Source: Bipalium vagum (taxonomy: Eukaryota). Taken from it: a DNA stretch of 32,783 bases. Every line of letters starts with the position of its first letter. Positions within the stretch are counted from its first letter, which is position 1. The notes under the pieces were generated by a model that was not told where the DNA came from, ran no database searches, and saw only the letters and a program-made list of their open reading frames with translations. Below, piece by piece: positions 1 through 11,769 of this stretch. Made by a program: the position numbers and the translations under genes. The stretch covers positions 1-32,783 of the forward strand of contig JBBMKC010232725.1 in assembly GCA_037834085.1 (NCBI GenBank), read 5' to 3'.

Positions 1-62
<62 letters not shown>

Positions 63-75
63 GAATAATAATAAT
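1..75. repeat. (AAT)n microsatellite at window start
   Basis: About 25 near-perfect AAT units with one AAG interruption. Confidence 0.97.
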
Positions 76-1489
76 TTAAATTATTCATCGATACTAACTC
101 GACTACTTTATTTAGACTTTCAACCTTACATTAAACATTTAATAAATATCTAAAATATAAAATATTTTTTAAAATATGTTCATGCAATTTGAAAGTTAAA
201 TATTAATAAATATATAATAATAATAAACTATGAATGCATTAAAAGGCTGACAGGAGAGCATTAAACGATTGAATCAATTTAGAGACAAACAGAACATAAA
301 GCAAAACTGGAGATCTGAAATCGTTAAAATGTGTTAGTCTCATATCTATGTAATTTAATATTAACATTCCAATCGTCATTATCTCTTTAGAAAAATAAAA
401 GAAAAATGTAAAGTAAAAATCGAAAGAAATAGAATATTTATTTAGTCGTTTACATATCACACTCTAGCAAGATCAAACTTTGAGTTTGGGCAATAAATCA
501 TGTATGAAAAGTATAATGGTATACAATTTTAAGTGAACTGAAAGTGGTTTAGCTTAGGTGCTGGTTTCTTTTTTATAATTATGGAAATTAAATAATTATT
601 GATTAGTGTTTTCTTTAACAGTCTTGTGGTCGAAATAATACCATTGAAATCTGGCAGAAAGCATGTTTATAGTAAAAGAACATTAGATAAAATACATAAT
701 ACCAAATTTGTATCCGAAAGAAAATAAAAATATGTTTCATCTTTATTATGTTTATAAACTTAGGCTCGAAACTTTAAACACCATTAACTTATCATTAATA
801 AAGTGTTCTTAAATGAATGAATCAAAATAATCATAAAAAATCTTTATAAAACAAGAATTCACAATTTCTCTCAATAGCTAAATCAAGAAGTAATAATCTA
901 GTCAAAAAAATCAATAATATAAAATTAAATAAAAAATCAATCGAATCAATTAAATATTTAAATCAATCTGTAATAAGATAATTAATGATTACAAAATTAT
1001 AATGAAAAAAATCGATTAAGGAAAATAATTTTTAAAAAATAATATATTTTTAACCAGAGTAAAAGAAAAAATAAACTCTCACTATCCGCGGACAATGAAT
1101 CGTCCACCAGTCACCTGTTATTCCTGAGCCGGTTTGCCTATAAACGTCTGAGCAGGACAGGACCCATTATATAATTCTGTCGCATAATAAAAATGAAGTC
1201 CTTACCCATTAAATGCCAAAGTCATTCAAGACACGGGCAAAATTTTTAATACCACACATCATTTTATTTATAGGTAAATGAATAAAATATTTCAAAGATT
1301 ACTGGTAATAATAATTTTTAGTATCAATCTTCAACGATAATTGATAATAAATCCATAACAATGTTCAACGTGATGTCAAATAGTCAAATCCGATATGTCG
1401 AGTATAAAATAAATATCTGATCATTTCTCCTAATGATTAATTATTAAGTAGTAGTATTATTCTTACAGTATCAAATATTATTTTAGCAG

Positions 1490-2175
1490 TCGATCCTAGA
1501 TCAAGCAGGTCATTTTATCTCGAGACTGACCTTTTACAGACATCTAAAATAATTCATGTCAAACCCTAAGTGGAATGAGTTCACAATTAGGAATCAACAG
1601 GAAACAGATTCGTCAACATTTAAAGAAGATGAGCAAAAGAGCAATATATGACTATGGATGTCTCAAGAAATAACAGATGACCAAAAGAGAAGCGAGCTTG
1701 AATATGCAAAATAATCATTTTCAAACAAGTAAAGGAATACTTCATGAATCTTAAGATAACTGGCGACGAAAGATCTACGGTTAAGAGTTTGTTGGTCTGT
1801 AAGTTAAATTATCTATTGTGTTCAGTTAGAGAGATTGAAAGATAAAATTGAAAAAGTGTCAGTTTTGAAAACAAGAATGGAGTTATAATACTATCAGGAT
1901 AATAGACGATCGCAAACCACAAACACAGTTCAGAACATTACCAGCTGTGACTGAGAATTTTTATTTCACCAGCCTTACCGTCCGGATTTTGAAACTTGCC
2001 TGCTATCTGTTCCGGGAATGGCAAAAGTTTATTTTTTATAAAGGTACGAATATTGCCTTCCAAGCTTTTTTCGATTCCAAACCAGTAAAGTTTCATAAAA
2101 TACGTATCATGTAAAAGCCTTATAAATATTGTGACACTAGAGAAACCAATGATTCCTGTATATTTAATTATCATA
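1490..2175 (+). mobile_element. Highly decayed mariner transposase relic
   Basis: Across frameshifts and stops it reads PRSSRS..LETDLL, QTLSGMSSQLGINRKQIRQHLKKMSK, WMSQEITDDQK (WVPHEL-like), ITGDER, QDNRRSQ (HDNARPH-like), HQPYRPDF..YLFR (HPPYSPDL..YHLFR-like), FDSKP. The motifs are in mariner order. Confidence 0.8.
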
Positions 2176-2304
2176 TTGGTTCAATGTAGTTTTTTCAATA
2201 TTCTCTACAATACAGTTAATTTTTATTACTTATTATTATTAATTAAAATTATCATAATAAACATTTATTAAGCGAAGGATCCTCAGAATCAGATATCAAA
2301 TCAA

Positions 2305-2410
2305 AAAAGAATCAATAAAGCAAATATGACATTGGGATCTTTCTTTAGAAAATTTTTCCTCTAAGCCCATTCGACTAGGTAAGACTTGATATTTTGAATA
2401 TGGAACAAAA
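2305..2410 (+). mobile_element. Possible CR1/L2-type LINE ORF2 C-terminal fragment
   Basis: INKANMTLGSFFRKFS followed by an (L)VR..EYG-like remnant resembles the CR1/L2 motif KKANRxLGFIxRNF...LVRPxLEY. It is short and decayed. Confidence 0.35.
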
Positions 2411-3989
2411 AGATTTCCTCCTAATTGAATAGTAGGGTGTGCAATAACGACACTTAACATTGATACAAGGTATTTTTAAACCTTTATATTTGATCAAGTA
2501 CTTTATCTAATCCAATTGGGTTGAAACATGATCCAAAATTTCCAACAAGTCTCATACCTGTAATAAAAAAAAATTTGAGATGTTTTTCTTTGAATTATTT
2601 TCATTTATAAAATTATATTTATTGCATTAAAACAAGGATAATTAAAATTAAATTAAAATATTATGTTATGCCCTCCTATCTGAAAACTGGCGAGTTCTAT
2701 TACCTTCAAAAACAGATTACTGTAAATATGGGAAGAAAAGTATTTACAACAGATTTTTTTTCAACAGGTTTTTCTCCGATAATAAACTTTCACAGATTTC
2801 TAAAAATTATTCTCTGTTAACGTGAACGAGATTATTTTTCAACAGGAATATTTAATCTCACCATTTATGAAAATTTTTCAAGTTTGTCAATGCTTATTTT
2901 TTATTGTAATTAAAAAATTTCCTCTTTATTTTAGAAAATTAAAACAAAATAAAGATTTTTAAAAAATTAAAAAAATTAAGAAACATATTAATTATAAAAT
3001 TTTCCACATCAATTTCAAACGATCACTGATCGCAAATTAATGAGCTTAGCATAAATTGAATTTAATACGAAAAATGGAAATTCTGATGAGATTTCTAGAT
3101 CAAAATTTCGCCGTGCATTTTTACAGCAAAAAGTATAATGGAACATGGTTGACAGAGATTGACTTCAAACCCGTTCGATTTTACAATAAGTTATAGGAGA
3201 GTATGAACTAATTTCTTCAAAGTGATCCATAAGAATATTATGTCAAGTATCAAAAGGAACAGTGAGGTGTTTGATGTTTTATACATGATAATTATGAAAT
3301 AACGTTCATTTTATTTTATTTTAACATTGTCAAAATTGTTAATAAAGAAAAAAGAGCTTAATAAATTCATTGTATTCAGTAAAACAATTATGAAGTTTTA
3401 AATTTAAATTAATATTATTAATAATATGAAAGATGGGATAAAAAATCATAAGAAAAACTGAAAAAAAATGAAAACTTAACATTTTAAGTCAGTTGAAACA
3501 AATAATTAGATTAAATATATTTAGCTAACCATTTTGACTGATACTCACAGCAACCATGTAATATATCGATTTCTTTAACTCAACCCACAAAATAAGCACG
3601 AAATGCCTTTATATTTTACATCTATGGAAAGAAAAAAAATTTCATCTTCATTTTATTATTTTTGGTTTTCCTTTTTTTAATTATGCTAAGTTATTTTATT
3701 TCATTATCTTTATATTTCATTTAATTATCTGACGTCATTTCAACTATCTGATTGCGGAGCAAAGTCTGCATTTTCAGTATCAGTTTCTGCCATAAACTTT
3801 ATTGTCAAATATTGAACTCGGATGCAAATTTTATTCAAATAATTATTAATTCCAAATCGATTACATAATACCCTGATTTGTTCTGCGATTATGTAAATGT
3901 TTAACAAAACTTTATAATATTTGTATTTTCAGAATGAATGAAGCAAATCGAACTAAGGTCTAAAGCAATATTTTATTACTAATAATTTC

Positions 3990-4830
3990 CATTGTTCAAT
4001 ATGATATTTTTCTCAAGCTTTTGGCAATTTGTGAATTTAGTCATAGAGAGATTGATGATTTTCCTCTAATCATTTTTTAACATCTTCATAATTCGTAAAG
4101 TTATGATCAGAGAGACTGTGCCCGATAAACCGGAAAAAATATTAATCCGACTGTGCAATTTCCAACGAGTAAGTCGGATGAAGTCATACTTTCCAAGTCG
4201 GATCTTTTAATTTCTTTCACAATTTAGCTACATGAGGTCATGTGTTGTCATATAAGAATTTCATTTTGCTTTGCAGCTCAATCTGATCGTTTTGCTATAT
4301 GTTCTTGATTTAAATGAATTAATATATCTAAACGGATTTCGCTAACTGATTTTCTGGTTTTAAAACTCATAGAATACCTACCTGATCCAACCAATAACAC
4401 TTTTTTCCCTTAAAATTATGTTTTCCGGTGGCCTGAATCAAGCCATGGTCTGTCACACTTAGGACTGTTAAAATAAATCTACTTGTCATTTTCAATTAGG
4501 ATACGATGAAGGAAAGAATTTCTTTTATTTCTCTCAATCAAAATTTCGGAAATTGTTTTTTTCGCTTTACTCCTAAGCCACTTACTTTCCTTCTGAATCT
4601 TTTCAATTTTATGTGACCGGTTTGAGATTGCTAGTTGCCTACTCTCATTTATGTAGCATATTGCTCATTCACTTGAGGATTATCTTTGTCAGTGTCTTCA
4701 AAATTTGTGGTGGTATTCCATTGGCCTTTATCATTCAAATCAAAATCAACAGTTTTGAATAATTAATACCACTCTCTATAGTTTCATTCTGATATTAAGT
4801 GATTGCCATTATCCTTTAACATGTTTTTTC
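3990..4830 (-). mobile_element. Decayed mariner transposase, mauritiana (Mos1-like) subfamily
   Basis: Minus strand reads YREWY*LFKTVDFDLNDK, AISNR..KIEKIQKESKW, ISEILIERNKRNSFLHRI, IYFNSPK, YDNT*PHVAK, LHPTYSLEIAQSD*YFFR, GHSLSDHNFTNYEDVKK*. This is collinear with Mos1-type transposase. Confidence 0.85.
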
Positions 4831-7659
4831 ATAAAATAAAAGTTATAATTCATATTTTTGAATTTATATAAGTGCTTTAGTAAATGTTTTAATGTCTAAT
4901 TCATTTAATTACTTACAGTTACCATCACATAATATTTTAATAAATTGACTTTAAAATAATTTTATAAAATTGGAAAACTTAAATAAACAAAAATATTTTT
5001 GTATAATTTCAGAGAACTATGATATAAGTATGCATTTTAAGTCTGGGTATTGAGAGAATTCGTGAATTCGGTAATATCAGATTTTCTTAACTGAATAATC
5101 ATAAAATTCGATAAAATGATTTACTATAAATCATTTGAATAAATCTAGCTTAATGATTTTGTTTAAAATCGGTAAACATTTGAAATAGGAGTTATAAATA
5201 AAACCTGATTTTCACGGGAAAATCATTATTTGATTACTTATTATGATTAATTTTAATTAATCAATATTTTACGTATTAATTTTTTTTAATTCTAATATTT
5301 TTATTTATATATATTTTCAATTTCAGTAAAAATTAAAAGATTAAATTAAATAAATTGAATTTAATATTTAGATAAAATTAAAGTTTATAGATTTCCTTGG
5401 ACATTTTATAATATAAAGAAATGATAAAAATTAGTTCCAAATGTTTTGTGTGAATTCAAGTGACATTGATTATCTAATCTCATTCGACAAGACTGATTAA
5501 AGTTTTGTGGTTGTCATATTGAATTTTATTATTAAAAAATGTACGAAAATGAAATAAAAAATGTATTCATGAGTTTTTCCAGAATTTTAGGTGTATTATT
5601 TAGATATCCTGTAATCAATTTTCTTTTTTATATGATGTAATTAAAAATAAATAAATCAATTGAAAAAACGTTAATTAAATCAATTTCACATTACATTGAA
5701 AAAATAATTATCTTTATTTTTGGCAAAATATTTCAAAACATTAATGATTTATTATGAATTTAGTGGAAAGATTATTATTATTATTATTATTACTATTATC
5801 ATTATTATGATAACTGATTCTCCTTGCGGTTCTCCTTACTTCATATTATCTTCGGAGGGGCCTTTGGACGAACCCAACATATTTGATTAATATTTTCTTT
5901 AATATTGCAAACTGCAATGTTTAATAAATATATAAATAAGAATGGAAAGAAATAAAAGATTTTACATTCAAGTTTTATTTATTTATACATTCTCTATTTT
6001 CATTTCCTATTTTCATGAATACCCAGTTCTATATAAATTTTATTTTAATGATTTATAATGAGGACTTATACATTGTCTTTTAGTTTCAAATATTTTTTGT
6101 AATATAACAAGAGAATTTGATATGTAAAATTGAAATGATAAACATCCTTCTTGTAAATATCCTCTCCAGCAGATTTTTCTCACTGAGAAGGCTTATTAAT
6201 TTTAAATAATTTGATTGGTCAAAAATTATAATTATAAAAAATTCGAAATATTTTCACCAATTTTATCACTTATTCCCAAGTTTTCAGTCGTAATTGCAAT
6301 TGAAGAAATAAAGAAAAAGTCTCAAATGTCTTCTATGCAATTTAAAATCATATTTACGTAATTTAATTTACATTCACTCATCATATCTAAACCATAATTA
6401 TGTTTACAATTGAATGGTGAATTGTTTAATTCTGCGTATTATTAGTGATTCTATCACTTGTTTCAAGAAAATTAAGTCTGACTGACAATGACTTTATCTT
6501 CTTTGCCCATGTCTTGTTTCTTGAAAGCTACAACCTTCGGTTATATTTTACTTCAGATGATGGATGTAGTCTATCAATGATGTAGTCTTCTCGTGATTCG
6601 TGCAGGACATCGGAAAGTGGTAACACGTTGTTGATTCTACTCATTTTGTCTATCAGATTCTCTGTTTTCATGTAGCATCGAGAATACTTAAAGAGATTAG
6701 CTTAAGTGAAGTTTGATGAATCGATTTTATGTTACGATATAACTAAATCCATATATCCACTTCGTTATGCGCAGATAAGAATGGAAAAAATATGTATTTA
6801 GAATTATATTTTCAATAATAATAATTATTATTTTTGTAAGGATTAAATTTTAATTAATATTAAATAATGAATAATAAATCATAAATATTTTTAAAATAAA
6901 TTTTAAAGTAATATATTAAAATTTAATCCTTAATGTAAAATAAGCTTTTTAATAATTTTAATAAATTTAAATAGTTTTTAAAAAATTAAAAAATTAAATT
7001 AATTTTAATAAAAGTTTTAGATAATTAATTTGTTTAAATAAAGGATAAAAAGAGATCACGTATTAAAAACATACAATTATTTTCTTCAAATAAAAATGGT
7101 ACAAAATCTTGAGTTTTTGAATTCTGAAACTGTCGATAACGTGGCAGTAACTAACACAAATATTACTGAAATCTAAAGAAACAATTAGAAGATTTCTCAA
7201 TAACAGTGGTCAATCGAAACAATATTTGCCAGCACATTAAAGAGTCAACATTCAATAATATGAAAATCTGAAAAATTAGACACTTCGCAAAATTTTTAAA
7301 AATAACAGTAATTTATTATTTTGCTATTTATTAATATATCAAAAAGCATCGCAAAAAAGTTGTTAGACTGATTGCTTATTAATTAAATTATAAAGTAAAA
7401 TTCACTAGTGTTCCCTTCATAAAAACATAATTATTAGAAGGAATGTCAAATTGTTCATAATTAAATACTTGGGATGCAGCTTCTTTCACTCATTTAGAGC
7501 CAAATAATACCCCTTGGTTCACAATTCAGATCGTAACACAATTAGTTGACAATCTGAAACTTTTCTGATGAGTTATCCAGGCTAATCTTTAGTCGATAAT
7601 AATCTGAACATTAAATATTAATTAAATAAACTTTAGTAAAATCAGGAAGCATCCCAGTT

Positions 7660-8030
7660 AATTTAACGATTGTAACAACGCCGTTCTCTTAGTTAATTGT
7701 TTTAGAGTTTTGTGTTGAGTTAAAAGGGAGGTAGAAAACTACCCTAATATTATTTGATAATTGAAAAGTAGTTTTAATGCACAGTTGGAAAGAATTAGGT
7801 CAGTGCACAGGGTCGATGTTTCTATTGCGGATATGATAGAAATATTGGCATTGCTATATCTTTCTTTAGAAATTTTTTTGAAGATTAAGTGGAAGATTTT
7901 GGCGAAAATTGAACGAATGCATGTAATATGGAATCAAATTTTGTTTCGGAATTATCTATTTTACGTCTGGAAAAAAGCAGATCGTTTAAAGTAATTCTTT
8001 ATCGTTTTATCATGTGGAAACAGCAAAATT
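7660..8030 (-). mobile_element. Possible Penelope-like retroelement relic (thumb/linker region)
   Basis: Minus-strand remnants NSETKFDSIL../IRSIFAK../LPL and VFYLPF resemble the Penelope-like pattern 'S.E.F..EL..I..IF.KNGYP' and 'LPY'. There are many frameshifts. Confidence 0.3.
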
Positions 8031-8123
8031 TTTTAATGCCCAGGAGCTCGGCAAAAAGGAGCAAAAGGTTTTTATGTAGTTTTTATACAATTATATAAAA
8101 GTTTATATATAATTATACAGTTA

Positions 8124-8389
8124 CTGTAAAATCCCCAGTATAAGCTGCAGATAATACGTACACAAAGGCAACATTTTTGAATTGCAGCTAATATGATGTG
8201 CAGCTTATACAACTAAAAAACAATTCAAATCGAAGATAAAATTATTTATTTCAATTTTCAACATCACACTCCTCAAAACCATCACACTTTTCATCAATAC
8301 GTGCTGCAGTTTATACGACTAAAAATACATTTTTATAAAATGTCATCTGCAGCTAATACGCGCTGCAGCTTATACTCGGGATTTTACAG
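8124..8389. mobile_element. 266-bp MITE with 27-bp TIRs and TA flanks (Tc1/mariner superfamily, Tc2/pogo-like ends)
   Basis: Left end CTGTAAAATCCCCAGTATAAGCTGCAG versus the reverse complement of the right end CTGTAAAATCCCGAGTATAAGCTGCAG (26/27 identical). TA at 8122-8123 and 8390-8391. Internal GCAGCTWATA subterminal repeats. Confidence 0.9.
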
Positions 8390-8751
8390 TATATTTTAAT
8401 TATTAATCAAATTTCGGTGTAAATTTTTATTGTCATTTTATTTTTAATTATTTCACTTTCCATTTATTCGTTATAATAATAATAATATTAGAGAACATTT
8501 TCAAAATTTGAAAATTTATTTATCTTAACTTAAACAATTATTCTATTATAATTTTATTTTTCTTGTCAATCTGATAGAGTAAATGGATAATGGTATATAC
8601 ATCCTCCTTTGTCCTTTATTTATAAATAAAAATTATATATGATTAACAGTAACACAAGCGCTATAATAATAATACAAATAATAATAAACGAAATAATTAA
8701 TAACTAACGAAATTTTAATATAAAAATGACATTTTAGTCAACTTTTAACAG

Positions 8752-8881
8752 CAGGTGATATTTAGTCTTTAGCTTAAGTAAGCATTACAAATGATACTTA
8801 GCCATATGGTATACTTGATAATAAAAATATACTTAGCCATTTGTTATAATAAATTTAGAAATAAGATTAGGACTATATAAA
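8752..8881 (+). promoter_or_regulatory. Proximal promoter of the small secreted-protein gene
   Basis: TATATAAA at 8874-8881, about 50 nt before the ATG. Four CANNTG E-boxes at 8752, 8788, 8803 and 8838. A duplicated 20-mer at 8794-8813 and 8829-8848. Confidence 0.6.
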
Positions 8882-8931
8882 GCTTTTGGTAAAGTAATGT
8901 GAAGTTAAATAAGTCTTAGGTTTGTGAAAAT

Positions 8932-8954
8932 ATGACTAAAATTGTTTTCTCGGT
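8932..8954 (+). CDS. Small secreted Cys-rich protein, exon 1 (MTKIVFS + phase-2 split Val)
   Basis: ATG at 8932 downstream of the TATA box. Perfect GTAAGT donor at 8955. The 53-nt intron ends in TTCAG at 9007, and the phase joins in frame with exon 2. Confidence 0.8.
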
Positions 8955-9007
8955 GTAAGTCACAATTAAAAAACATTTTCCCTGATTACGTATGATTATA
9001 TATTCAG

Positions 9008-9278
9008 ATTTATAACAGCAATCGTCATCCTTTTGTTTTCCGTACTAAGTATTCGATCAAATATTTGCACTACTTACACTATTACCCAAGAAATTATTGA
9101 TCGATGCATGTTTCTTTACGGCTTATTTCAACCAGATCGGGCATACCCGGGTAACCGAGCATGCTTCGAAGCTGCCAGAAATACACAGTATTGCGGTGAC
9201 TGCCTGTGTTATTATAACTCAACTTCAACTTGCGAGTTTTTTGATCTTTTGGAACATTATATAGTTACATTATGTTAA
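9008..9278 (+). CDS. Small secreted Cys-rich protein, exon 2 (97 aa total, 8 Cys, family unknown)
   Basis: Spliced product MTKIVFSVFITAIVILLFSVLSIRSNICTTYTITQEIIDRCMFLYGLFQPDRAYPGNRACFEAARNTQYCGDCLCYYNSTSTCEFFDLLEHYIVTLC*. Hydrophobic signal-peptide-like N-terminus, raised GC, intact frame, and AATAAA 21 nt after the stop. Confidence 0.82.
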
Positions 9279-9299
9279 CTGTCACGTATGTTAAGTCAA

Positions 9300-9305
9300 A
9301 ATAAA
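9300..9305 (+). terminator. Polyadenylation signal of the Cys-rich gene
   Basis: AATAAA just after the stop codon, followed by a T-rich tract. Confidence 0.55.
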
Positions 9306-9333
9306 TATTTTTTAATTGTTATATTTTTATTAA

Positions 9334-9703
9334 CCCATCTCATTCCAGAATACAAGATAGCAAAGAAATTTGATTTACTTAGTGGATAATAATTGATATA
9401 GGACCTGTTAAGACTATGTATATGTTTTATAAAAATTAATAAACATTTACTAGGATTTTAGGACTAGTCCCATTTGGGGATCATGGAAACCTTATCATAA
9501 CAATATCATTACAATTAGAAATTACCGCACCAAATCACATATTTTGGTTAGAATGATATACCTCAAAATACTATATAATGCATAATTAAAATATAATGCC
9601 TCTGCAGTGATTTAAATTAATTTATATTTCGTAAAATCTTCAAATAAAGTGTAAATTTCACTCTACAGGGACATCCCAAATGGGGCTTATGAAATGAAAT
9701 GGG
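9334..9703. mobile_element. Degenerate piggyBac-like MITE
   Basis: TTAA|CCCATCTCATTCC at the left and GAAATGAAATGGG at the right (reverse complement CCCATTTCATTTC). Internal inverted motifs TCCCATTTGGGGA and TCCCAAATGGGG. The right target site is degenerate (TTTG). Confidence 0.45.
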
Positions 9704-11769
9704 TTTGTCTGAAATATTACTTTAGTTCAATATCTTAACGATAAGAATTCATAAAGTACTGCGAGAGTTAAATTCCTAAATTTACTAATCATTACATAAG
9801 ACATAGAAGGTTATATCTCAATTTCATTTACGCCAATAAAACAGTATTGAATAATAAAGTGAATTTCAAGTTGAACTCAAGTGTGATATGAAAAACATAT
9901 TTTAATTTAATGTGCTTTTTTCTATTTTAGGACATGAAAGATATTAAAAAAATGCTGAAAAGACCTAATTAATATAAGCATTCTTTAAATTATCAAAAGT
10001 AATTATAATATAAAATATTAATATAAAAAGAAAATATAATAGGGAAAATCAAATTAAACTAATGGTTAAATAATGAAGTGTAAATAATTAAATAATATTT
10101 TGTTATTTTCAATTTATAATTTAATTCATCTTTAAATTTCCAATCGTATTTCATTTATTTATCTCAATCAAGTTGAACTTCGATATCACTGAAGGTCTTC
10201 GGTCAAGATTAATTTAATATTTCTTATGTTTTACAATTTTTTAAAAATCTAGACTTATAGAGTGACTTTATTAATTAGTGGCTCATTTTATGGGAGCGCA
10301 GCGATATTAATAGCGACTACTAATTAAATTTAAATAATATACTATATAATTACAAAGGTAAAGTTAAAATTAATATTACTTTGAGATTAAATTAACCATT
10401 TTAAACAAAATCAAGATGCTGCAACTATTTCGAAAAAGATCCGAAAGATTACATTTATTTCCAATTTCAAATTAAAAGTCATGTAGGAACTTCAAATAGT
10501 AATATTTTATTAACATACTGTAATGATTTGAACAGTTTAATTTAAATACATTTTCAAAAATACAACCTGTAATAAATTTGAGTGAAATTCTGATAAAATA
10601 CCAAAGGTATTTTGTTTTTTAATTATTATTTATATTAGTTACATAATTAAAAAATTACATTTTAAAATTAATTTTCTAGGAAAGATTTTTCCTTAAATTG
10701 ATTAAATTAATTCAATTCTCTTATTTCGATTTAACACTGTGTTGCTATTATACTCAAAATGTACCTTTATGCTCGTTATTCCTCTGATTACTGACTTAGT
10801 TATTTCTCTGTGTGGTAATGAAAATGACCCCAATACACTTCAATTCCAATAATATCTAATGTATCAAAATAATCTTTATGTTACTAGAAATCAAAAAAAT
10901 TGTAACAACCAAGAATTCGATAATAATAGTATATCAAAAACACAAAGTCAAATAATATTATGAATAAAAAATTAAGTGCTGAAATTAATAAAAATAAGGA
11001 CTATATTAGACTATGGGTTGACACTATTAATTAATTTTTAATTATCTTTGATAACAAGTTATAAAAAAGGTTCAGAGATAAATGAGAAAATATAAGGGGA
11101 ACGATTATCCTACTATATCAAGCTGAATTTATGGTGACAGTATCCCATATTTTTCAAAACCGCCTGTTCTTTTTAGTGAACTATATTGACATTCCTTTCA
11201 TAGGAGGCAAAGTATTTAGTTTAGATTATGGATACATTACTTAGTAGTTTAATTTATCTTTTCCAAAAGACAAATTAGAAAATTTCTTAATTATTTCATG
11301 ATATAAATCTTTTTGTTTTCAAAGGAATATTTTCCAAATACGTTAGAGAAAATTATAAATGTAAATTTAATAAAATTATTAAAATTAATTGGTGGATGAT
11401 TCCAGTGCGTTTTTTATCTTGACAGATATTTTTGAGTAGAAAATCTACATATATATTGAACAACTGTCATGGCAGATACGGGAATCTTCAGAAGATAACT
11501 TTACACAGTGTTAATGAGCACTTATAAGTATTCTTTCTAAGTATTCTTTCGCTTTATACTTTCTTTTATAATCCTTTAATTTAGCAAACTACCTAACCAA
11601 AGTATTTTCGAACATATTTTGTTTTTTTTATTGATTTTCTGTACTATTGTTTTTTGCTGTGTTTGTTTTCTATTACTGAGTATTGTGATTTTGAACAAAA
11701 AACTTTTATTATTTTATTTCATATTTTTGGAAATAAGGCTATTTATATTTTTTATCATAAACAATTATA

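Noticed and set aside
239-460. 73-aa minus-strand ORF, and similar short F/I/L/N-rich ORFs at 7761, 11619, 12766, 13581, 18369, 23652, 26056, 28514 and 30330
   Set aside because: Low-complexity translations of AT-rich DNA, microsatellites or TE antisense frames, with no gene anatomy or motifs
1938-2174. 78-aa minus-strand ORF
   Set aside because: It is the antisense of the + strand mariner relic
3075-3235. CTGATGA-hairpin-AAAA hammerhead-like string and weak Mutator-like peptide remnants (YNGTWL, ESMN.FL)
   Set aside because: There is no GAAA and no helix I pairing for a ribozyme, and the peptide similarity is too short to call
5771-5880. GC-richer patch next to an (ATT)n run, like an RTE/SINE 3' end with a TAA tail on the minus strand
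   Set aside because: No diagnostic motif; it cannot be supported without a repeat library
6470-6790. GC-richer region with a 58-aa minus-strand ORF (MKTENLIDKMSRINN...)
   Set aside because: No signal, splice or family evidence; probably a decayed retroelement fragment
9033-9053. FSVLSI resembles the KCNQ S1 end (FSVLSTI)
   Set aside because: It lies 22 kb upstream of the KCNQ exon and is explained as part of the signal peptide of the Cys-rich gene
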